A DNA stretch of 64,000 bases, from the NCBI GenBank assembly GCA_016192905.1, contig JACPTG010000001.1, forward strand, positions 357,005 to 421,004, read 5' to 3'. The first letter of the stretch is position 1, and each line of letters starts with the position of its first letter. This DNA is from Candidatus Woesearchaeota archaeon. Lineage in GTDB: Archaea > Nanobdellota > Nanobdellia > Woesearchaeales > UBA10216. The notes beneath the pieces are model-generated. The model was not told the DNA's origin, ran no database searches, and saw only the letters and a list, made by a program, of their open reading frames with translations. Shown one piece after another: positions 38,319 to 47,100 of the stretch. The translations under genes were made by a program, and so were the position numbers.

Positions 38319-39425
38319 ACGAGGCCACTTATAGTTGGAATAGACCCGGGAACAACATCAAGCTACGCGCTTCTGGACGCACAGGGAAAGGTAGTAAAGG
38401 TAAAGTCAGGAAAGGAACTTGGGCTAAACGAAATTCTCAGGGAAACATACGCAGAAGGCACTGCAATAGCCGTGGGGACAGACAAAAGGAAATGCCCTGC
38501 GGCCATTGAAAAGTTCGCTGCAAGGACCGGGGCAAGGATAATAAGCCCGGGCGAGGACATGGGCATAAGGGAGAAAACCGAGCTTACAAAAAGCTATTCC
38601 TTCGCCAACGAGCATGAGAAAGACGCAATCGCAGCCGCCCTGCTGGCGTACAATGAGCTGAGGCCGCTGCTGGAAAAAATACGAAAAGCCGTCAGCCTGC
38701 AACTAAGGGAGCCTGTAACAAAAACAGTGATTACAAAAGGGATAAGCATAAGCGCAGCCCTGGAGGATATGAAGCCAAAGCCAGCCCCTGAAACAGCCCA
38801 GCAGAAAAAGCCCTTCACGCCTGTTCCAAGGCAGATAAACCCGCTGGCGAAAACAGTCGAGATAATGAGGAGGCACAACAACAAGCTCATCAAAGCCCTG
38901 AACAGGCACAAGGCCACCATCAGAAAACTGCGGGCCATGAGAAAAACAGGCCCTGACCACAGAGAGCGCACAATACAAGCGCTGGCAGGCCAGGCAAGGG
39001 CAAAAAACGAGCAAATAAACCTGCTAAGCGAAGAAATAGCCCTGCTTCAGCAGATGCTGGCAATGGCAAACAGCAAGGCAATAGTAAAAAAGCTCAAGGA
39101 CCTGACCTGGCAAGAGTACGCGGCAAAAAACAGAATCCTTAAAATAGGCGAAGGCGACATCCTGCTTGTGGAAAATCCGGAAAAGTACAGTGAAAGGACA
39201 ATTTCAGAGTTAAAGGACAAGGCGCTTATAATACTCTGCAGGGGGAAGCCCGGAAGTCAGCTTTATGACTCGGCCACCCTGATAGACGCGTCTGAAATAA
39301 GCCTGACTGAAAATGAGCACTTCGCAATAGGCGACAGGAATGAAATAGAGGCAGAAAAGTCCAAAAAGGACCTCCTGGGAAGGATAGTAACGAGCTACCG
39401 GAAGGAAAGGCAGGGAACAACATGA
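38319..39425 (+). CDS. RNase H-like (RuvC/YqgF-fold, DUF460-type) nuclease-like protein; no canonical start codon
   Basis: ..PLIVGIDPGTTSSYALLD.. begins right after in-frame ATG-GGT-GAT-TAG (38307-38318). First canonical start in frame is GTG at 38472, inside conserved domain. Confidence 0.5.
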   Translation, partial: TRPLIVGIDPGTTSSYALLDAQGKVVKVKSGKELGLNEILRETYAEGTAIAVGTDKRKCPAAIEKFAARTGARIISPGEDMGIREKTELTKSYSFANEHEKDAIAAALLAYNELRPLLEKIRKAVSLQLREPVTKTVITKGISISAALEDMKPKPAPETAQQKKPFTPVPRQINPLAKTVEIMRRHNNKLIKALNRHKATIRKLRAMRKTGPDHRERTIQALAGQARAKNEQINLLSEEIALLQQMLAMANSKAIVKKLKDLTWQEYAAKNRILKIGEGDILLVENPEKYSERTISELKDKALIILCRGKPGSQLYDSATLIDASEISLTENEHFAIGDRNEIEAEKSKKDLLGRIVTSYRKERQGTT

Positions 39426-39853
39426 ACCAAAACGCAAGGATACTGCTCGCCATAGCGGCTGCAGTCGCAGCATACCTTTCAGCATTAGCTGTCTTCCGGC
39501 CAATAATAGCACCCAGCACCGGAATGATGGCCATGATGCCAAGCCCAAACATTCTAACGCTTAACATACTGGCCCTCATGCTCGGAGCAGGAGCCGCAGC
39601 CATGGCATACGCCCTTACCAGGGAAAAGGGAAAGGAGGAACTGGCTGTGGTAAAAAAGGTAATATCGCCAGATGAGAAAGCAGCCCTTGAAGAGGTTCAA
39701 AAGGCAGGCGAAATAACCCAGGACTCGCTAAGATACAGGCTCGGCTGGAGCAAGGCAAAGACAAGCAGCATAATCACAAGCCTGGACAGGATGAACCTAA
39801 TCCAAAGGGAACGGCAGGGGAAGACCTACAACATATTTGTCAAGCCCAGGTAG
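39422..39853 (+). CDS. Membrane-anchored winged-helix (MarR/TrmB-like) transcriptional regulator
   Basis: Two N-terminal TM helices then ..EITQDSLRYRLGWSKAKTSSIITSLDRMNLIQRER.. wHTH. Confidence 0.5.
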   Translation: MNQNARILLAIAAAVAAYLSALAVFRPIIAPSTGMMAMMPSPNILTLNILALMLGAGAAAMAYALTREKGKEELAVVKKVISPDEKAALEEVQKAGEITQDSLRYRLGWSKAKTSSIITSLDRMNLIQRERQGKTYNIFVKPR

Positions 39854-40002
39854 AGGCGCTTTGATTTCGGCACAGGCTGTATTGAAAACCCCGCCTATGG
39901 TTAACTATTTTATCTTGGCACTCTGCGTTTTTCGTTCCCTTCGTTGGCCTGAACAAAAGTTTTATAAATAAGCTCTCCTTAGCTAGCCTTAGGTGATGTT
40001 AT

Positions 40003-40239
40003 ATGGTGCAAGCTCTTGTGGAACTGGATGAAAATACCAATAGGGTGCTGAACATTGTAAAAGCCAAATACAACCTTAGAGATAAAGGAGAAGCAATAAA
40101 GAGGGTTGTGAGCGAATATATTGAAATGGAAGATGAACCTGAATTAAGGCCTGAGTTTATTGAGAAGATGAAAAGAATCAGTCAGCAGAAAAGCATTAAG
40201 GTTGATGATTTTGCTGCAAGGTATAGCTTAAGAAATTAA
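40003..40239 (+). CDS. Putative antitoxin partner of RelE/ParE toxin
   Basis: 78 aa, acidic, directly upstream of RelE-like gene. AT-rich. Confidence 0.45.
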   Translation: MVQALVELDENTNRVLNIVKAKYNLRDKGEAIKRVVSEYIEMEDEPELRPEFIEKMKRISQQKSIKVDDFAARYSLRN

Positions 40240-40249
40240 AGGCGTCATC

Positions 40250-40531
40250 ATGTATGATTTGCATATCAAACCTGAGGCGGATGGCATATTCAGGAAGCTA
40301 ATGAAGCGAAACCCTAAGCAGATCGAGATAATCAACAAGAAACTATTGGAAATAAGGCACAATCCAAATCACGGATACAAGTTCCTGAGAAAACCTTTGC
40401 AGTCCTTCAATCGCGTTCATATTGACAAGCATTTTGTGTTGATATTCAAAATTGACCATGCAGGAAGCATCATTGACGTATATTATTATGACCATCACGA
40501 TAATGTCTACAACTGGAAGCCTAAAGAATAG
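40250..40531 (+). CDS. RelE/ParE-family type II toxin
   Basis: 93 aa, basic. ..HIDKHFVLIFKIDHAGSIIDVYYYDHHD.. typical RelE/StbE core. Confidence 0.6.
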   Translation: MYDLHIKPEADGIFRKLMKRNPKQIEIINKKLLEIRHNPNHGYKFLRKPLQSFNRVHIDKHFVLIFKIDHAGSIIDVYYYDHHDNVYNWKPKE

Positions 40532-40613
40532 AGGGTATTCTACGGTTCTGAACGGTAAGCAGGGCAAAAAAGTAATATGCGCCCGGACAGCCTTCTTTGT
40601 GAGGTGAGGCCAA

Positions 40614-40886
40614 ATGGACAGGAAAAAGACGTTCGCAATAGTGGCTGTGGCAGTACTGCTGATAACAGCCGCATTAGGGGCAACTGCGCTTGCCCACCAG
40701 AGCAACCGGACCATAGCCTGGCAGGGAATGATGAGCGGGCAAAAGGGCCAAGGCACAGGCATGATGGAAACTAAAGGCGGGCATATGGGCACAGGAGGCC
40801 AAATGGACATTGAGGAAATGAAAACCATGCACAGGCAGATGCACGGCGAAGAAATGCCAGAGCACTGCCAGCAGATGATGGGTTAA
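40614..40886 (+). CDS. Secreted Met/His-rich small protein (putative copper-binding)
   Basis: Signal peptide then GMMSGQ..GMMETKGGHMGTGGQMDIEEMKTMHRQMHGEEMPEHCQQMMG. Confidence 0.45.
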   Translation: MDRKKTFAIVAVAVLLITAALGATALAHQSNRTIAWQGMMSGQKGQGTGMMETKGGHMGTGGQMDIEEMKTMHRQMHGEEMPEHCQQMMG

Positions 40887-40891
40887 CAGGC

Positions 40892-41269
40892 CTACAGCAG
40901 GCACTGGCAGGGCCTGTAGCCCTTCCTGAAAGCCTGAGACTTTGACCTGAACACAACCTTATTTGATTTAAGCACATTCTTGGCAAAAGGGCAGGAAGGC
41001 TCATGCACTTTCATAGTGCTTGCCGCGCCGAGGAAAAAAACAGGCCGCCTCGCGGAAATCCTGGGCGCAAGAATAATTGAAGGCTTTGATTTTCCAGAGT
41101 TCTCATAAGAGGCAAGGCGCGCTGCCATTGACTTCTGCGCCTCAGCCATCTGGTTAAGAGCGCCTGTAAGCTCGGAAACCCTTAGCCGCAAAGACTCAAT
41201 ATCCTTCCTCGCCAAAGTAAAAGAAAGGCTAACGTTCTTCACAACCTGGTCCAGTCCTATTTCAACCAC
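40892..41269 (-). CDS. Hypothetical protein
   Basis: ORF only. Confidence 0.35.
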   Translation of the reverse strand: MVEIGLDQVVKNVSLSFTLARKDIESLRLRVSELTGALNQMAEAQKSMAARLASYENSGKSKPSIILAPRISARRPVFFLGAASTMKVHEPSCPFAKNVLKSNKVVFRSKSQAFRKGYRPCQCLL

Positions 41270-41350
41270 CCCTTGACTGGAAAGCGGGCGGCATTTAAAT
41301 ACTTTTTCAAGTTCACCACTATAAAGGAATGCTTAAATAAAATGCGGAAA

Positions 41351-41914
41351 CTAAACCTGCACTATAACGCCCTTAGGCCCTGGGTTCAGGAGCACTGTAC
41401 CTCCTATTTTGTCCCTTTCCCCAAAGTGCTCATGGAAGTGGCCTGAAATGGCCAGGAGCGGCCTCAAACTCCTTATCGCACCTGTTATGCTCCTGTTACC
41501 CCTATACTCCCATAGCAGGTCCAGCCTGGTCCCGAATGGAGGCGCATGCGTGACTATTATCAGGTTCTTTTTTCCCTCAAGATTCCTCATGAACCTTTCA
41601 AGCCCTGCATCCCTCAAGGCAAACCCTCCGCCGCCATAGCCTGCGAACCAAAATCCGCCCAGCTGGAGGGCTTTCCTGTGAATGAATTCAACGTTGCCTT
41701 CGCAGGCCTTTCTAACCTCTTTTTCATCTTCATGGTTGCCGTGTATGAGCAATACCTTTTTCCCCAGCCTGTTCATTGATGCAAGGATGGTTTTCGTTTT
41801 CTTCCCGAAGAAGGTAAAGTCGCCTGCGCACACTATTATGTCTGCAGCTTGCGCCTTCCTCCTGATATGCCCCAAGGCAGCGCCGTGGGTGTCTGTGAAT
41901 GCCAGGATTTTCAT
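41351..41914 (-). CDS. Metallophosphoesterase (YfcE/MJ0936 family)
   Basis: DTHG, GDF, GNHE, GHFH motifs. Confidence 0.8.
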   Translation of the reverse strand: MKILAFTDTHGAALGHIRRKAQAADIIVCAGDFTFFGKKTKTILASMNRLGKKVLLIHGNHEDEKEVRKACEGNVEFIHRKALQLGGFWFAGYGGGGFALRDAGLERFMRNLEGKKNLIIVTHAPPFGTRLDLLWEYRGNRSITGAIRSLRPLLAISGHFHEHFGERDKIGGTVLLNPGPKGVIVQV

Positions 41915-43107
41915 GCTTCGTAGTAGTCCAAAAGCACCAGCTTGTCGATTTCCTTCAGGTCCCTTACTATAAATAGCCTTCCCCTGCCTACCTCAACTAT
42001 TTTTTCGGCCAGTGCGCGGCCCCTCTGGTCAAGCTCTATCCCTATTATTGAGATGGTAACTCCTGATGCACTGACTGCCGAGGCTGCCTCCAGCGTGTCT
42101 TTTTCAGGGCTTTCCCCCTTTGTCGGCAGCCCATCAGTAATCAGAAGAAGATGCCTCGTCCCCTTAATGCCCTCGAATTGCATGGATGCCTCATGTATGG
42201 TTCCGGCAAGGTCTGTCTGCGCAGCCGCCCTTGCACGGGTTATCTCCCTCAACAGGGTTGGGAAGTCCTGCGTTGGCCTAATCGCTGACTTAATCCCTGT
42301 CCCGAAGACTATCAGCCCAACATCATCCTTTTCGTCTATTGCCTTATACGCAAGGGCTATGCCTGCCTTCTTGCACTTCCCCAGCTTCTCGCCCTTCATG
42401 CTTCCAGACGCGTCTATAGCGTAAATAACACTCTTCCTGCCCCTGCCTTTCCTTTTAAAGCTCATAAGGTCCTTAATGCTGATTTCCTCATGCCTCCGCA
42501 TTATGGCCCTTTTCAGCGTCTTCCTAATGGCTATGTCACTGTACCTTTCCTTCTGGAAGTTTCTCTCCTCATCCCTAATCCCATACGGCTGCTCCTTCCT
42601 TTGCTTCCTTTCACCTGTGATTCCCTCAGGCAGGAGATTGTCCAGCTCCTCTGTGTATAGAATCAGCCCTGCAAGGTCTGCCGCCCTCTCCGTAAGGTTG
42701 CCTTCCCTGTCTATAAGCCTGTCCTCCCTCAGCCTGTCAACCCTTTCCTCAATCCGCCGCAGCAGCTCGCGCTGGAATTCAGGCAGCCTGATGTTCTTCC
42801 TGACTTCGCCTGGCTCATATCCTGTTATCCTCCTGATAATCGACTCACCAAAGACCTGCTGCGCCACAGAGTAATTTTTCACGAGCTGCTCAAAAAGCTT
42901 TGATGCTGTGAAGCTTTGCACGCCCTGGTTGATTGCATCAGCTATAAGTTTTCCTTCCTCCACTGTGCCCTTGTCGTTTTCCAGCACAGCCCTCATAAGC
43001 CCCTTGTCAGCGCCTGGCGCAAGCCTGCCTGAATATTCGCCAATCTGCTCCCAGCCGGCTAATGGAACATCCCTGCTACCGGTAATCACCTTTCTGGAGA
43101 AAGTCAT
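41911..43107 (-). CDS. von Willebrand factor A domain protein
   Basis: MIDAS-containing VIYAIDASGSM.. VWA domain. Operonic (ATGA) with phosphoesterase and downstream of MoxR ATPase. Confidence 0.75.
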   Translation of the reverse strand: MTFSRKVITGSRDVPLAGWEQIGEYSGRLAPGADKGLMRAVLENDKGTVEEGKLIADAINQGVQSFTASKLFEQLVKNYSVAQQVFGESIIRRITGYEPGEVRKNIRLPEFQRELLRRIEERVDRLREDRLIDREGNLTERAADLAGLILYTEELDNLLPEGITGERKQRKEQPYGIRDEERNFQKERYSDIAIRKTLKRAIMRRHEEISIKDLMSFKRKGRGRKSVIYAIDASGSMKGEKLGKCKKAGIALAYKAIDEKDDVGLIVFGTGIKSAIRPTQDFPTLLREITRARAAAQTDLAGTIHEASMQFEGIKGTRHLLLITDGLPTKGESPEKDTLEAASAVSASGVTISIIGIELDQRGRALAEKIVEVGRGRLFIVRDLKEIDKLVLLDYYEA

Positions 43108-44074
43108 CCAGCTCTTCCCTGAGCACGTCCTGCGGAGTGGTCATGTATTTTGCAGAAGGCTTAACCTCTATCCTATGGGCAAGCACAGACACCGCCGCGT
43201 CCCTGATGTCCTCTGCTGTCACTGTATCGCCCGCCCTCAGCAGCGCGTTTGCCTGCGCCCTTTCATACAAGCCTATAGTCGCCCTGACGCTTGGCAGCCT
43301 GGAAAGTTTTTTATTGTTCCTGAGCGCCCTGACAAACGCCACCATTCTTGAGAATAACTGCGGGGGAAAATCTGCCGCTTTTTTCCCCTTTTTCAGCGCA
43401 ATCTGCTCCTCTGTCTCCTGCGCCTCAGGATAGGCCATGTAAACCAGGTCAAACCTGTCTGACAACACCTCAGACAGCTTCTCAGTGCTGGTGTCCTGAG
43501 GGTTCATGGTCCCAAGGAAAATGAAGTCTGCCTCCAAATCAACTGTGTAGCTGCCAATGGTCGCCTTCTTTTCCTCAAGAGCCTGCAGCAGCGCGTTCTG
43601 CACCTTTTCAGGGCACCTGTTCAGCTCGTCAAAGAACAAGACCCCGTTGTTTGCCTTGAATATCTTTCCAGGAGTGAACGCCTCAATTGACGCAGGGCCG
43701 AATCTGATGGCCTTCACAGGGTCTATGTCCCCCAAAAGGTCTTCAGACGTAAGGTCTGGGCTGCCCTGAACCCTCACAAAACGCTGCTCCCCTGAAATTA
43801 CCTTAGTCTTTGTTGTCTTTCCCGCCAGGCATTCAGGGCACACAGCCTTGCCTGGAAGGCAGTTGTACCCGCAATCATTCACAAGCACCTTTGGCAGCAG
43901 CCTTGCCACATTCCTGGCAAGAGTGGTCTTCCCAATCCCAGGCGGCCCGACTATTATTACGTTCCTTCCCATTAACAGGGCTGACTTAAGCTGCCCCTTT
44001 GCCTCTTCCTGGCCAAGTATATCAGGAAACGAGCTCTCCAGCAGCCTTTCATGGAATTCCCTGCCAATCATCAC
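43076..44074 (-). CDS. MoxR-like AAA+ ATPase
   Basis: GQEEAK..VIIVGPPGIGKTTLAR.., Walker B FFDELNR, 332 aa. Confidence 0.85.
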   Translation of the reverse strand: MMIGREFHERLLESSFPDILGQEEAKGQLKSALLMGRNVIIVGPPGIGKTTLARNVARLLPKVLVNDCGYNCLPGKAVCPECLAGKTTKTKVISGEQRFVRVQGSPDLTSEDLLGDIDPVKAIRFGPASIEAFTPGKIFKANNGVLFFDELNRCPEKVQNALLQALEEKKATIGSYTVDLEADFIFLGTMNPQDTSTEKLSEVLSDRFDLVYMAYPEAQETEEQIALKKGKKAADFPPQLFSRMVAFVRALRNNKKLSRLPSVRATIGLYERAQANALLRAGDTVTAEDIRDAAVSVLAHRIEVKPSAKYMTTPQDVLREELDDFLQKGDYR

Positions 44075-44114
44075 TAAAAGAGAAACCCGGGTGATTTATA
44101 AAGATTGTTTTGGA

Positions 44115-47100
44115 TTAGTTGCCTTCCTTCTTTCCCTTGGAAACAAAGTACACGACCACTCCAAGGACAGCTATAACAACAATGGAGATGGCTATAAGGT
44201 TCAGGAGCGGAATTCCTGCGACGTTCTGCAGGTTTGGAAGCAGGGAAGGCTGGGCAGATTCGTTTGACAGCTCACCTGAAGGCCCTCCAGACGCAGACTC
44301 ATTAGTCTCCACAACGGCTCCTGTCGGGCCTGCGGTAGTCTCATTCGCAGCAGCAGCCGGACTTGACCTGGCAGCGACCGCGAAAACGCTGAAGCCAGGC
44401 GTTGAAGCCTCATAGTTGACATTTATCGTATCCTCACTGAGTATCTTGGTTGAAAGCTCATTCCACTTGCCCCCGTTGTGCCTGTAAAGGGCAACGTTAT
44501 CCTTCACAAGGCTGTTTGAAGCCAGCCACTTCTTCCCCACACTGAACTGCATCGTGACGGTCTTAACAGAAGATATCGGGAGGTTTGATGTATCAAACTG
44601 CAGGTACTGGTAAACAGTGCCGGGCGCAACGCCTGTGGCTGAAGGAGCGCCGGTAAGCTTGGTCACATCAACCGTAACCGAAGCTGCGACAGTGCCTGTC
44701 TCAATGATAACCTTCCTCACGGCAAAGTCAGACTTGACAATATTCATGACATTCGCGCCAATAGGCAGCTCAGCCCAAACCTTGCTGACCTTCGTGGCAG
44801 CCGCATCCTGATTACCAGGTCCGGCACCACCGCCACTGCTGCTTCCACCGCTGCTACTGCTGCTGGAGCTGGATGAGGAACTGGTTGAGAAGTTAAGCGG
44901 GCCTGTGGTGTTGCAGTTGCCAGCCACGTCACATGAAGTCACGTTGATGTAATAAGCCGTTGATGCAGAAAGGCTGTTTACTGTAACCCTATGACCCTCA
45001 CTATAAGCAGTATCAGTCGTATTCGCAGTAAATGTTGCTGAGGCAATGCCATGGGCAACAGAAGAGTTAGCCCTTTCGTGCGTTGTCCAGGTAATGACTG
45101 CTGAGGTAGTGCTCACAGAAGCTGAAGGCGTCTGGTTGAACACAGGCTTCTCAGTGTCATTAACCCTTAATGTCCTCAAGGCGCTGGTACCCACCTCATT
45201 GCTCTCGCTGTTCAGGCAGCTTATGTTATAGGAATAGGTTCCATTCTGGGGAGTTGAATTCACAATGAACGCGCTCAGGGTGTCATTAACAACAGTGCCA
45301 TTCACAAGCGAAGTTCCGTTAATCCTGAGCGTGCAGGACTGGTTTGAGTCGTTAAGCGTCAGCAGCTTAAACTGAATCCTGGCGTTCTGGACCTGGGAAA
45401 GATTAGAATCCTCTGTAGTGATGTTGATGGTGTCAAACCAGACGTCATCCTTCCAGGAAGACACCCACCCGCTGTTATTGGTGACTGTGAAATTAAAGGT
45501 CACGAAATCAGCCACAGGAACAGACATGTTCACAACAACCCTGAACTGGTGGACTGTCTCGTTCAGCTTTCCTGAATTGACAATCGTGAAGTTATAGTTG
45601 GAAATGTTCGACTCATTGTTCATCGCAACAGGAACCCACTGCGTTAGGTTGCTCAGGTTCAAATAGCTGATATTATAAGATGTGCGGGAAGAAGTGTCAT
45701 TAACCTTCACAGTAAGATTAAGGATTTGCGAATAATTGGTCTGATAATTGGTGACGTTCCAGTACACTGTGCAACCCGGGTAACACTGGTAGACTGTGCG
45801 GTCAGAGCGGAACTCCACTCCAGTGCTGTTCACGCCGTACGCCGAGAAGCCGCCGAGGCCATAAGTTGGAATCCTGACTGTAGTGTAATTTGAGCCCTGC
45901 TTAATCACAGTAATGTTGCCGCTCACATCCACGCAGCCCGAGCCGTTGATGTCACACTTGATAATCCGGTTGCCCACCTGTGAGATGTTTATCACCACAG
46001 AATCAATGCCCAGAATCTGGGCCATCTCCTGCCACTTAGTGCCATTCATGCCCACAAGCATCCTTGCATCTGTTGGCCTGCTGGGAGTTGACTCGTTAAC
46101 CTGAGTGTACTGAATCATGTCAGTCATGTTGATGGATGTTGCCTTGGCGATGTCAACGCCCTCAAACAGGATGTTCCAGCCCAATGTAGAGCCATTAAAA
46201 GAGGCATTGGGATTATCAAACCTCATGGTGGTATTAGAGATGTAGCTGATGTTCCTGATTGAGAAATGTATATACTCAGAGCCGTTGAAATAAGTAAGGT
46301 TAAGCCCGGACATTGACGGGCTGCCCTTGGGGTCAAACAGGATGCCGAAGTTGAAATTAGATGAGCCGCTGGTCTTGGTGGTGAAGTTCAAACAGGCGCT
46401 GGTGGCGCAGTTGCCTGACAGGTCGCAGTTCTTTGTCCTGTAGTAATAAGTCGTGTTTGCCCTTAAAGGAGTGACGCCGGCGGCTGAAATTGAAGTGTTG
46501 TCAAAATTCAGGGAGTGCCACGGCCTGTACCGGTCACTCTCAAAGAGGGCGTCAGTAAGGTTGGCAACAGGAACTGTGCACGCACTTGAAGTATTGTAAA
46601 ACTCCAGCGAAAGGTTTGACAGCTCGCTGGTGCTCTGCCTGAGCATGGCAAACCTGTCAAACTCATCAACTATATTGCTCATAACCCTGGGAGCCGTCTT
46701 GTCATTGGCCAAAAGCGCGGATCTGTTAGCCGAACACCACGGAGCCTGCGCGCAGTCAGCGTCAGCGCAGTTCGCATTTCCATCCTGGTCCTCATCAGGA
46801 GAGCCCTGAGCACAGTCTTCAAAGGGCGTGAACTTGCCGCCGCCAAGCTTGGCAAAGGCAGTGCCGCAGGCCATCGGATTGGACTCGCAGTTCGGCGGGA
46901 TAAACTCCACAGAGCCAGGGGTATAGGTGGCATTAAACAGAGTGTCGTTGGACATGTTCGGAATGGCTGTAAGGTTATCCACAGTGGCCAAATGGTAAAC
47001 AATTGAGTCCTTGGGGTTGCCAATGTCAGACAGCGGAACCACCATTATGGCTGCGCCGAAAGTGCAGATAGGCGTCTGGCTCGGGTTGAAGGGGTTTGTC

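Noticed and set aside
44800-44880. Poly-Ser/Gly-encoding low-complexity DNA (also 49800-49850, 55250-55330) as candidate microsatellites
   Set aside because: In-frame linkers inside surface proteins, not independent repeat elements.
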